39,888 nt of DNA from Candidatus Cloacimonadales bacterium (GCA_046482725.1 JAWOEN010000036.1:1-39888), one strand, 5' to 3'. Shown: positions 8,084-17,114, counted from the stretch's first letter. Numbers and translations: made by a program. The notes: generated from the letters alone by a model not told the origin.

Positions 8084-9276
8084 GATTTTTCCTTTGCAGC
8101 AACCCGAGCTCTAAAGATTTCGCCTGAGCCTGAGATTCGGTAGCTGGGAGCTGCGGCACAAATAAAGGCAGATTCTCCCTGTTTTAAGCTGATGGTTGCA
8201 CTTGCTGCCAGCTCTATCTCACCGGCTGTGCAAAGTATGATCTCGGGACTGCTCACAATATTTTCTATTTCGCCAGCAGAAATTTTTTGCCAGCTCAGCT
8301 CGAATTCTTTGGCTGGGGTGAGATAAATTTTTTGCTGCTGCTCTTGGCGAATTTTTACCTTTCTCACAGTGCCAAAATCGAAGAGCAAAGTTTTCTGCAA
8401 TTGGGCAATATCAATGTGCTTGGAAGTAAGCCCACCGCGTAAAACATTATCAGAATTTGCCATAATCTCGATGCCACTACCTTGCAAATATGAATGCAAA
8501 ATTCCTGCTTTCAGATAGAGGGCTTCGCCCGGAGCTAATTGGATGAGATTGAGATAACTGGGCGCCAAAACTCCGATATCATTCGGATATTTTCTGTTTA
8601 ATTTCAGTATCCAGTCGCAGATTAGTTGCTCCGCTTGGTCGCGCCCTGGCTGCAAATTTTGCAAGGTGGATTCTACGATTTGCCGCTGCTTGAATTGGGG
8701 TAAATTTAACATTTCCAAAAATAATTTTTGGAAAGTTTTTGCCTGCGGTTTTTGCAAAAACTGCTCACTACCCTGCGGCCAAATCTTCTGATAACGCCAA
8801 AATTTGGCTATCTCGCCAATTGATCTAAATCCACACATTGCCCAAAATGGGGTGAGAGCACAGAGCAATTCGGGCTTATGATTATTATCTTTATAATTAC
8901 GATATAGCGCCTTTTGACTTATACCCAACCTATTTTCGCGGGCAAAACCTTGTTCAGCCTGAATTTTGTTGGGATGCGCCTGAATCGATAGCGCAGATTC
9001 TGCCGATAATATTTTTAGTAAAAAAGGCAATTTCTTTTCAAAACCCGAGCTCTCTAAATCACCCAAAAAATGAGTGGGATGATGCGCGATCTGCTCAGCC
9101 AAAGATTTGACATTATCTTCCCAAATAATTTTTGAAGACGCTTTGGGATGTGCACCCATCCACATCTCCGCTTGCGGTTCTAGAGAAATCTCCTCGCCCT
9201 TCAGCTGCGCGATAAAGTCTTTGCTGCCCCAGTCATAGTGCTGGATCTCATTACTCATCTTGAATATGTTTCTCAT
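8080..9276 (-). CDS. manA: Mannose-6-phosphate isomerase, class I
   Basis: 'IQHYDWGS', 'EMWMGAHP', 'LSIQAHPNK', 'HKPELLCALTPFWAMCGFR' and 'YLKAGILHSY' are hallmarks of type I PMI. The start may instead be the internal ATG at 9258 (MSNEIQHYDWGS). Confidence 0.85.
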   Translation of the reverse strand: MRNIFKMSNEIQHYDWGSKDFIAQLKGEEISLEPQAEMWMGAHPKASSKIIWEDNVKSLAEQIAHHPTHFLGDLESSGFEKKLPFLLKILSAESALSIQAHPNKIQAEQGFARENRLGISQKALYRNYKDNNHKPELLCALTPFWAMCGFRSIGEIAKFWRYQKIWPQGSEQFLQKPQAKTFQKLFLEMLNLPQFKQRQIVESTLQNLQPGRDQAEQLICDWILKLNRKYPNDIGVLAPSYLNLIQLAPGEALYLKAGILHSYLQGSGIEIMANSDNVLRGGLTSKHIDIAQLQKTLLFDFGTVRKVKIRQEQQQKIYLTPAKEFELSWQKISAGEIENIVSSPEIILCTAGEIELAASATISLKQGESAFICAAAPSYRISGSGEIFRARVAAKEKS

Positions 9277-10424
9277 TTTTGCTTCTGCTCCATCGTCTCT
9301 TTCAATAAAATTTCTGCGGTTTGCTGCATAATCTTTGCCAAGTTATACTTTTGCGAAACATGTTGATACCCTGCTGCTGCTATCTTTCTGGCATTGGAGC
9401 TATCCTCTGCCACAGCCAAAAGCTGCTCGAAAAGATTATCTTGATACAAAAGTAGATCTACACCCGGACTCAGCTTCAGCTCTGTCGCAACTTCAGGTAT
9501 CAGCAACAATCTCTGATTTGCCCAAGCTTGCAAAATCTCCAGATCGATCTCTACTGAACCGGGAGGAATCAAATAAATATCGTTGTTTTCATAGCAAAAG
9601 TCTTCATCTTTCTGCTGGGTATGAAATTGAATTTCTTTGCCCAAGCCATAATGATCAATCTCTTTTTTCAATTTATAAATCAGCTGCGGGTTTAATTTGC
9701 CAAACAGATTATATTCAAACCGAATTCCCTGTTTCTGGAGCTTTTGCAAGGCAATAAAAATAGTAGTGAAATTTTTATTCTCGGCAATTTCCCAGCGGGA
9801 GATCAGCTTCAAAGATCTACCAAAATCAGGCAAACTTACTACTGATGGGATATCAACTCCTACCGGTAAGTAATAGAAACGCTGCAAACCATAACGCAGC
9901 TGCAACTCTTTTTCTACTCGGCGTGAATTGACAATGCTGGGATTAAAATCAATTTTCCCACCAACTGTCTGCGGTAAAAAACTCTTCAATTTTAGCTTGC
10001 TGCGCGAGATAAAATCTTCATGCACATATTTGTCGATCCAGAGCTTGGAAACTTCGAAAATCTTGGGTATCTTTAATTTCTGGATAGCCAAAACAGGAGC
10101 AACGGATATACCATCCATATCCCAAAAAAAAGTTAAGTCAGGCATAATTTCCTCAGCGATTTGCCAGGTAACATGATAATTATACTTATCCACTTTCCAA
10201 CGCTCATAAGATCCTGCATTCTCATAATTTACATATTTCAAAAAGCGCATTAACTTTTGGACTGAAAGCTGCCTATTATCTTTTTCTGCCACACCATAAT
10301 TCCCGGTTAGAATAAAGAGATCATGCCCGTTGTTATCCAAATATTTTGCCATCGCCTGGCAGCGCTCTGCTACTGTTCCCCAAGGCTGAGGTGGATAGAA
10401 ATTTACTACAAATAGAATCCTCAT
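9273..10424 (-). CDS. Glycosyltransferase, GT-B fold (GT4-like, divergent C-terminal half)
   Basis: The N-terminus 'MRILFVVNFYPPQPWG' is typical of GT4-family N-domains. The start is set at ATG 10424 because AGGAG lies 5 nt upstream; the track's start at 10430 is a GTG. Confidence 0.55.
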   Translation of the reverse strand: MRILFVVNFYPPQPWGTVAERCQAMAKYLDNNGHDLFILTGNYGVAEKDNRQLSVQKLMRFLKYVNYENAGSYERWKVDKYNYHVTWQIAEEIMPDLTFFWDMDGISVAPVLAIQKLKIPKIFEVSKLWIDKYVHEDFISRSKLKLKSFLPQTVGGKIDFNPSIVNSRRVEKELQLRYGLQRFYYLPVGVDIPSVVSLPDFGRSLKLISRWEIAENKNFTTIFIALQKLQKQGIRFEYNLFGKLNPQLIYKLKKEIDHYGLGKEIQFHTQQKDEDFCYENNDIYLIPPGSVEIDLEILQAWANQRLLLIPEVATELKLSPGVDLLLYQDNLFEQLLAVAEDSSNARKIAAAGYQHVSQKYNLAKIMQQTAEILLKETMEQKQK

Positions 10425-10432
10425 CGTCACTC

Positions 10433-10915
10433 CTAAAAATATCTGAAGATCTGTAATGGTAAACGTAGAAAATTTGATATTATCTCTTTCTGAGGCCAGA
10501 AATCTGAAAGATGACGATCCGGAAAAATATCGATCCCCAGAGCAGATTTTAGCAGATAAAGCAGATAAAATACCAAGATGAAAATCAAGGCGGCTAGAAC
10601 CACCACAAATATCGTATTGAGTAAGATTGCCAGCAAGGTCTGAGCAGCACCGCTCTTTTTCAATCGCTTTGTATCACGGCGGTCCACGCCAAATTGCAAA
10701 ACAAAATACCACTTTTTTATCAACCAGAAACGAAATTTGAGATCTACCAGATGCTTTCCTCGCAAAGGTAAGACCCGGTTTAGAAAACGTGAAAGTTCAT
10801 TACTTTGCTGATGATCTAAGCTCTGCCTGATTTGCGGATTCATCTGAGCGATATACTCGTCGATCATCTGCTGGCGCTCAGTTTTCTCAGGAATATTTTT
10901 TTTCAGATCAGACAT
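10433..10915 (-). CDS. Small membrane protein of unknown function
   Basis: 160 aa with a hydrophilic N-terminal half and one long hydrophobic segment ('LLAILLNTIFVVVLAALIFILVFYLLYLL'). It overlaps the upstream gene by 8 nt, which implies translational coupling. I recognise no family. Confidence 0.5.
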   Translation of the reverse strand: MSDLKKNIPEKTERQQMIDEYIAQMNPQIRQSLDHQQSNELSRFLNRVLPLRGKHLVDLKFRFWLIKKWYFVLQFGVDRRDTKRLKKSGAAQTLLAILLNTIFVVVLAALIFILVFYLLYLLKSALGIDIFPDRHLSDFWPQKEIISNFLRLPLQIFRYF

Positions 10916-12257
10916 TATCCGCCACCTCTTGCCGCCGATAGATTTTCCGCATAGCTGCTATCAGAGCAAAGATCAGCATCAATTGATAAAAATTATTAGT
11001 TTGACGCAAGACCCATTCCAACGTGGATTCCAGATAAATGCCAATCAAACCGCCCATCAATCCAATAGCCACAAATTGAGCTTGCTGATTTTTTAGTCGC
11101 CGCATATTCTGATAATTCATTCCCAGAAAGTAGAGCAAAAACAGAAGATAAACCAGCAAATTGTGCCAGCCGGTTTCTGCTGCAATGCTGAGGTAAGCAG
11201 TTTCTACCAAGCCATTTTTCTCTTCATAATCATCCGGAGGTAATTTTCCGTCATTCAGATAAGGATAGATCTCGCTACCATACTCATAAGGGGGATTGAC
11301 CTTTACCCCGAAATTGTTCAAACCAATACCCAAAACTTTGTCATTAGCCATTTTCACAGCAGTTTTTGCCAAGATTACTCGCGTCATGGCCGATTCTTCT
11401 GCTGCAGTTTCAAAGCGCTCGACAATAGAATCCATCGCCTTCAATAATCCTGCTAAAGCTACCAAAAGCAAAATCAAAGTGATTCCCACTTTCTTGGCAG
11501 TGAAACCTTGGGTAAATGAGAAAAACCAGACGATCGCGCAGGCAACCACAAAGAAAAACATACCGGCCCGTGAAAGTGTGGAAACCACAGAGATAGCTGC
11601 CATTCCTAAGACAAAAAGCCAATACCAGAGCTTGACGTCACGGCGATTGAGTAGATAGCCAAAAACCAGTGAGCCAAAAACTATCAGATACATTACCAAA
11701 GAATTCTGGTGCGGGAATGGTCCGGAATTTTGAAAAGTGCCATCGATATATTTCTGTTTTAGCACAACCAAACCGATATAGATAATAATGATACCAATTA
11801 TCTTCATCAGAAGTTCGATCTTTTGCCAACTGTTTATATAGTTATAGATTACCCAAAAATAGGCATACATGCGTATCATTTTCCAAATCTCGAAATAGGA
11901 ATGTACCACGTAGCCCGGTGCCGAATTGAAAATTGAGATCCAGCAAAAAAAGAAAAACAGAAAGTAGAGTCCACTTCCCGGGGGCTTTTGTGGCAAATTA
12001 TTTACCGTTTTGCGTTTTAAAATCAATTGCCAAATGATCAGCATGGCAATATCTACCAAGCCTACCTCGAATCCTCGGGAAGTTCCTCGGAAAAATTCCC
12101 GCGAAACAAAATTGATCGTTACAGTCTCCACAGTGAAAAAGATCATCAGAAAAAATACAAATTTCTCGATCTTCTCATTTTTGGCAGCCCAGCTGGTTCC
12201 CAGTGGTACTCCCACAAACAAAGCGGCAAAGAAAACAACGTATTTGAGCAGACCCAT
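10908..12257 (-). CDS. O-antigen ligase / Wzy-like polysaccharide polymerase family membrane protein
   Basis: Polytopic (around 10-12 TM helices). It has a central 'TLSRAGMFFF' Wzy_C-type motif and a large loop near the C-terminus, and it lies in a glycan locus. Confidence 0.65.
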   Translation of the reverse strand: MGLLKYVVFFAALFVGVPLGTSWAAKNEKIEKFVFFLMIFFTVETVTINFVSREFFRGTSRGFEVGLVDIAMLIIWQLILKRKTVNNLPQKPPGSGLYFLFFFFCWISIFNSAPGYVVHSYFEIWKMIRMYAYFWVIYNYINSWQKIELLMKIIGIIIIYIGLVVLKQKYIDGTFQNSGPFPHQNSLVMYLIVFGSLVFGYLLNRRDVKLWYWLFVLGMAAISVVSTLSRAGMFFFVVACAIVWFFSFTQGFTAKKVGITLILLLVALAGLLKAMDSIVERFETAAEESAMTRVILAKTAVKMANDKVLGIGLNNFGVKVNPPYEYGSEIYPYLNDGKLPPDDYEEKNGLVETAYLSIAAETGWHNLLVYLLFLLYFLGMNYQNMRRLKNQQAQFVAIGLMGGLIGIYLESTLEWVLRQTNNFYQLMLIFALIAAMRKIYRRQEVADNV

Positions 12258-12259
12258 AA

Positions 12260-13312
12260 TTATTGGCCGCCAACCTGCTTGTAGATTTCGTTCATCATCC
12301 AGCCTGTCTGTATTGCTTCCAAGCTCGGCATGATCAGGCTCAGCACCTTATTCCACGAGGCAATAGGAGAATCCGGTACATAAACTATGTCGTTGGGTTT
12401 AAGTGGAAAATCTTGAGCTTCGCCAGCCAAAATTTTGGCTGTGTCTATCTTAAATACGCGCGGATGACTGAGTCCACCTCGCACTACCAAAACTTCCGAT
12501 CTGGCATTATCGGTGAAACCACGAGCAAAAGTAATCACCTGCATCAAGGTCATCGATTCTTTATAAAGAAAATGCCAAGGCGTGCCGACTGCACCCAATA
12601 CATAAACTTCGCGATTTACACTGGAAGGAATATAGATATAATCTCCATCCAAAATCGGAATATTATGCAACATATTGCCTTCCCTGATCAATTCCTGAAA
12701 ATCGATCGGTAAAATTCTATTATTCCTGATCATATAGCTGCGTTCCAGATCGGCCAATTCGATCGTGTTGTTTTGAAAAATTCCTGAGGATAAGCCGCCT
12801 GCTTCTGCGATCACATCCACCACGCGCATGCCACCTTTTATCTCATAAACTCCCGAATTTACTACCTTGCCCACGATCGTTACATTAGCACCGGTCAATT
12901 GATAGGGGATCATCGAGATTTTGGGATAATTGATATATTCGGCCAGCCTTTCCTCGATCAATCCGGTAGCTGCTGCTACCGTGAGACCCGAAACCAAGAT
13001 CTCACCAATCAATTTGAATGAGATGGTTCCATCCGGCTTCACGATGATTCCTTCTGTACTTAAGTCAGCTTCATCATAAACAAAAATATTAAACCTGTCG
13101 CCTGCACTGATGCGATAAGTCTCAGTATCAACTTGCTGCAGATTTTGCAGCTCTTTTATCTTTTCCAGATCTTCCTGCTGCTCGCTGCGCATCTCTTCCA
13201 AATATTGTGGTTCTGCCTCGATCATCTCATCCGAGATTATTTTGTGACTCGAGCAAGCCTGGACAAAAATTATCAGGTAAATAAAAAAAATAAGCTTTCC
13301 TATTTTCATCAA
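12260..13312 (-). CDS. Polysaccharide export outer-membrane lipoprotein (Wza-like; Poly_export plus SLBB domains)
   Basis: Lipobox 'VQACSS'. 'YRISAGDRFNIFVY...IIVKPDGTISFKLIGEILVSGLT' is the Poly_export signature. Repeated SLBB-like segments follow ('VTIVGKVVNSGVYE', 'VYVLGAVGTPWHF'). Confidence 0.8.
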   Translation of the reverse strand: MMKIGKLIFFIYLIIFVQACSSHKIISDEMIEAEPQYLEEMRSEQQEDLEKIKELQNLQQVDTETYRISAGDRFNIFVYDEADLSTEGIIVKPDGTISFKLIGEILVSGLTVAAATGLIEERLAEYINYPKISMIPYQLTGANVTIVGKVVNSGVYEIKGGMRVVDVIAEAGGLSSGIFQNNTIELADLERSYMIRNNRILPIDFQELIREGNMLHNIPILDGDYIYIPSSVNREVYVLGAVGTPWHFLYKESMTLMQVITFARGFTDNARSEVLVVRGGLSHPRVFKIDTAKILAGEAQDFPLKPNDIVYVPDSPIASWNKVLSLIMPSLEAIQTGWMMNEIYKQVGGQ

Positions 13313-13327
13313 AATCTCCCAACTTTT

Positions 13328-15322
13328 TTACTGTTTGAAATAGGGTTTCTCTGAATGATTCAAAACCCCTACTATCTGCACTGAGCTGTTTTGTTTTAGA
13401 AATTTTACTGCTTTGGCCAATTTGAAGCGATCTGAATGGCGGAAGCGAGCTACAAAGGTCAAAAGATCAGAGGCAGAAGCAATAGTTTTGAACAGCTGCA
13501 AATTATAATCCACATTGAACAACTCCCAAAATATCAGATCATATCCTTTTTGGGTTGCCAGATACTTTTCTACATTTCCCGGGCTCAGCACTTTGGTAAA
13601 AGTCTGTTCATCCGATATAAAATAGGCAATATGGAAACTATCAGTAAGCTGATAGACTGCCTGGGCATCGGTTTGCTTGCCATAAAGCTGATCGTTGATC
13701 TGATACTGAGCAATCTCCTCATCACTTTCACTTACACTTTCGATCCACAGAACCCGCTTATTTTGGGAAAGAGCCAGCATTACCAGCTCTTGAATCACAA
13801 AAGTGGCACCGCAAGAGAAGCGATCTTTACCCACAGCAATTGTAGCTGTTCCAGCGGAAGGCAGGCTTTGCAGCAATTGCCCGAACAAAATCTGCAGCTT
13901 GGAATAAAATACCGGATTCGCCACATTTTCTTTATTGGGTATCTCTTCCAAACACTTGATCTGCAACACTTGCTCGAAATCGTAGGAAGATTTGACAGTA
14001 AAATCCAGCAATTCCTTCAGAGCAAAAAAGATCAGCAAGAGCAGAAAAGCAAAAAAGCCTGCTGCCAAAGCAATAATTTTGCGCCCGGAGGCTTCGGGAT
14101 ATTTGGGAGCTACAGCCGCTTCCAAAATCTCAAAATCACTGAGGTTAGATTCCATCGCAATTTTCGCCTCATTGGCGCGCTCTTTTACTTTGGTTAGCAT
14201 CTCTTGCAAAGTGTTTTGCTCGCTGACGATATCATAATATTGCCGTTCGATCGGCGATAAAACTTTCAGCTCTTCTTTTAGCAAAGCAATTTTATTGTGA
14301 TAATCTTTCACCCTTTTCTCTGTGGCAACCATCTCATTTTCATAACGATTTTTTTCCAAGATCATACTCTGGCGAATAGTGTTGGCACCATAAGTCATCG
14401 AGTCGGGTATCTTCTCTTCTGCAGCTCCGGTAGAGATCAAATTCTCCAATGAAGCAATCTCATCTCGCAACCTGAGAATCTTGGGATTTCGCTCTGTATA
14501 TTTTTGTTGTAAAATAGCTAATTCTTGCTGCAAATTTTTTAATTTACTTTCTCGAGTACCCGAAACTGTAGCTGTAAGCTCCACAGTTTGTGGCAAACCA
14601 GCGATTCTTTCTGAAATATCGGAAATCTTGGTTTGAAGCTCAGAGATTAGCAGCTGTGCATTTAGCATATCCAATTCCAAAATTTTCAGGTTATCATATT
14701 TGTTTTGAACTTCTTTTTCCAAAGATAAGATCTCTCGCTCGGCCTGAAATTGATCTAGTTCCTGCTCTATTTGGGTAATTTTCTGCTGATATATCTCGAT
14801 CTGTTGAAGATAATAATCATAGATTTTGCCACTGGCGGAATTGATAATCTCCACATAACTTTGGATAAAGACGACCGCCAGATTATTAGCGATCTTGACG
14901 GCTGTCTCTCGCTCTTGGTGTTTTGCCCTGATATTGATCAAATTGGAGCGCCTGCCGCGTGAGACATTTATCGTTCCATACATTTTGGGTGGGGTCAGCT
15001 CCAACTGCAGAGAATCGATCACTGATTGCAGATTTTTACGAGTCTTAATCGATTGAAGAATTGTATCAAAATCCATTTCGGAATACAGATATGGTACACT
15101 GGTATTGGAACTGAGATTTTTGGTATGACGGATCAAGACAGATTGTGCCTGCCAAGTATCGTCAATCGCAATTTTGGCCAGCACAAAGGCAATTATCGTA
15201 GCAATCAGCGCAATGATAATGATAAACGGAGCTTTTTTCGCCAAGCTCAAGATCAGCACACGCTTATCAAATTTTAAGTAGTCGTTTGTCTGCACTGCGG
15301 CAGTTTGATTATTATTATCCAT
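13328..15322 (-). CDS. Polysaccharide co-polymerase (Wzc/GumC-like chain-length determinant) with a degenerate C-terminal P-loop-like domain
   Basis: An N-terminal TM helix is followed by a long coiled-coil periplasmic region, a second TM helix ('IIALAAGFFAFLLLLIFFAL') and a roughly 190-aa cytoplasmic domain. That domain reads 'ATIAVGKDRFSCGATF' where a BY-kinase Walker A (GxGK[ST]) would be expected. There is no C-terminal Tyr cluster. Confidence 0.7.
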   Translation of the reverse strand: MDNNNQTAAVQTNDYLKFDKRVLILSLAKKAPFIIIIALIATIIAFVLAKIAIDDTWQAQSVLIRHTKNLSSNTSVPYLYSEMDFDTILQSIKTRKNLQSVIDSLQLELTPPKMYGTINVSRGRRSNLINIRAKHQERETAVKIANNLAVVFIQSYVEIINSASGKIYDYYLQQIEIYQQKITQIEQELDQFQAEREILSLEKEVQNKYDNLKILELDMLNAQLLISELQTKISDISERIAGLPQTVELTATVSGTRESKLKNLQQELAILQQKYTERNPKILRLRDEIASLENLISTGAAEEKIPDSMTYGANTIRQSMILEKNRYENEMVATEKRVKDYHNKIALLKEELKVLSPIERQYYDIVSEQNTLQEMLTKVKERANEAKIAMESNLSDFEILEAAVAPKYPEASGRKIIALAAGFFAFLLLLIFFALKELLDFTVKSSYDFEQVLQIKCLEEIPNKENVANPVFYSKLQILFGQLLQSLPSAGTATIAVGKDRFSCGATFVIQELVMLALSQNKRVLWIESVSESDEEIAQYQINDQLYGKQTDAQAVYQLTDSFHIAYFISDEQTFTKVLSPGNVEKYLATQKGYDLIFWELFNVDYNLQLFKTIASASDLLTFVARFRHSDRFKLAKAVKFLKQNSSVQIVGVLNHSEKPYFKQ

Positions 15323-15333
15323 TCAAATCCTTA

Positions 15334-16761
15334 TTAACTAAAAAATCCATTCTGAAAGTATTTGCGCACGGAGAAAAGACGATTAAAACTGAAAAGAAAG
15401 ATAATCTTCAGCATCAATCGAATCGAGCTATTGTAATTGTAAAAAATCTCATGTAGCAAAAAATTTCCATCATCAAAATTGCTGGCATAGACTTCCGAAT
15501 AGCTTATTACTGCCGGATGGTAATTATCCAGCTTATCCAAGAATATTCTTCCATAACTATCAGCTGGAATCGGACGATTTCCCACCAAGGCAAGTTTGCC
15601 CGATAGTACCTGGAGCAAGAGGGGATATTTATCTAGAGAAAAACGGATAAACCAGCGATTGCAAAATTTGGATTTTTTGATGGTTACCAAAGGCAAGCTA
15701 AATTTATTGCCATTTAGATCCTGATAAAACTCGGACTGAGAAAAATTTATTTTGGAGATCGGCACCAAGGCAAGCCCCAAAGCATAGGGAATCAAGCCCA
15801 AGATCAAACCTAAAAACGCCAATATTTTTTGGATAAATCGATAAAGTGAATTTTCCAAAACTCGATTTATTTTTGAGATAAAAAATTTATCTGCGATCTG
15901 TAAATGTTCGCCACTGGCAGCATCGATTAGATAGTTTTTATAGACGATTTTATTGTTGATCTCGAGATTACTGCCCAGATAGGTTTGATCGTAGACGATG
16001 CTGCCACTTACTGTCGTGGAAGTATCGATGATTACATTATTACCAATCACAGAATTTGCCAATATTTGGCAGTTATCATACATCTGCACATCATTCCCGA
16101 TCATAAAGGGTTTTTCGAAATTACTATGATGGGCATTGAAAGCTACATTTTTCCCGATGAATTCGCCTGACTTGTTACTATAGCCCGGCAGAAAATAATT
16201 ATCTGGCTGCTGAGTCAGAATTCGCTGATTGATCTGATAATAATCTTGCACCGAATCCAGAGCTGAGATGGATAATTGAGGAAACAAATTATCCTCTGCC
16301 AGAAAATCTATTTCGCTAAACTTGCTGCCGGCCGGAACAAAATAGATATCTTCAGCTGCTCCTCCTCGCATCGAGGCGGCTTCTGAGAGGGGTAGATAAG
16401 CAGAATCAAGCTGATCTTTATGATAGTTTAGAAAAAACAAACCATCGATTATCAATAGATCATCAGCTTGGCAAAAGCCTGAATTTTTTAGAAGAACTTT
16501 CGAGAGAGTATCTCCCGCTTTTCCCATCACATAAGAGATATTCAATCCCTTTTGCGGGCCACTACTGAAGTAGTGCTCCATCTCAGCTGTCGGGTCACTC
16601 TTGACGATACGAATCTCAGCAATGCCGTTTAGAGCGCAAAAATCTATAAAGTATTCTAAAAGCGGTTTATTTAAAATCCGCAAAAAATGGGGAAAAAGTC
16701 CTGGCATCACATCTTTTAGCCAGCTACTCTCAGCATCCACACAGTTGATCAGGCATTTCAT
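15334..16761 (-). CDS. Fusion protein: NTP-transferase-like domain, left-handed beta-helix (hexapeptide) domain and monotopic phosphoglycosyl-transferase-like domain; catalytic motifs appear degenerate
   Basis: The N-terminal 'FPHFLRILNKPLLEYFIDFCALNGIAEIRIV' resembles sugar-1-P nucleotidyltransferases, but the GxGTRL loop reads 'VDAESSWL'. Hexapeptide repeats are present ('IGKNVA','IGNDVQ','IGNNVI','LGSNLE'). A hydrophobic helix with a central Pro follows ('ILAFLGLILGLIPYALGLALV'). 'RFSLDKYPLLLQVLSGKLALVGNRP' parallels the PGT motif 'SxDELPQLxNVLxGxMSxVGPRP' with DE changed to DK. Confidence 0.6.
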   Translation of the reverse strand: MKCLINCVDAESSWLKDVMPGLFPHFLRILNKPLLEYFIDFCALNGIAEIRIVKSDPTAEMEHYFSSGPQKGLNISYVMGKAGDTLSKVLLKNSGFCQADDLLIIDGLFFLNYHKDQLDSAYLPLSEAASMRGGAAEDIYFVPAGSKFSEIDFLAEDNLFPQLSISALDSVQDYYQINQRILTQQPDNYFLPGYSNKSGEFIGKNVAFNAHHSNFEKPFMIGNDVQMYDNCQILANSVIGNNVIIDTSTTVSGSIVYDQTYLGSNLEINNKIVYKNYLIDAASGEHLQIADKFFISKINRVLENSLYRFIQKILAFLGLILGLIPYALGLALVPISKINFSQSEFYQDLNGNKFSLPLVTIKKSKFCNRWFIRFSLDKYPLLLQVLSGKLALVGNRPIPADSYGRIFLDKLDNYHPAVISYSEVYASNFDDGNFLLHEIFYNYNSSIRLMLKIIFLFSFNRLFSVRKYFQNGFFS

Positions 16762-16778
16762 TTCGGCTCCCTCGGCTT

Positions 16779-17114
16779 TTAGGCAAAGCTGGCGATTGCA
16801 GCATCCAGATCATCAAAAACATCAAAAACCTTATAAGCTCGGGTTATCTCGAAAAGCATGCGCGGCTTGGGCTGCAAATTGGCAATATAGAGATCACCAT
16901 TTTCTTTGGTGGCATTCTTCAGACAGCTCAGCAGTGCACCCAATCCGCTGCTGTCGATAAATTCCAATTCCGAGCAATCAAACACGAAATTCTTATACTC
17001 TTGCAAATAGTTTAAAAACTCTTTTTTTAATTTTGCTTCGCTAGAGCTATCCACTCTGCCCACGATCTTGACGATTCCTACTTGATCATTTGCTTTTTCC
17101 AAATAAATTTCCAT
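16779..17114 (-). CDS. STAS-domain anti-sigma-factor-antagonist-like protein (SpoIIAA/RsbV/SypA-like)
   Basis: 111 aa. 'LEFIDSSGLGALLS' contains the conserved DSSGLG phospho-serine motif, and the size is typical of the family. GGAGGTG precedes the ATG. Confidence 0.85.
   Translation of the reverse strand: MEIYLEKANDQVGIVKIVGRVDSSSEAKLKKEFLNYLQEYKNFVFDCSELEFIDSSGLGALLSCLKNATKENGDLYIANLQPKPRMLFEITRAYKVFDVFDDLDAAIASFA

Noticed and set aside
13436-14197. 253-aa plus-strand ORF antisense to the Wzc-like gene. The same applies to 38399-38977 inside lysS, 19121-19636, 27474-27977, 12263-12712 and 21144-21569
   Set aside because: All lie wholly inside well-supported minus-strand genes with recognisable family motifs. 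They have no family resemblance and odd composition, and I consider them shadow ORFs.
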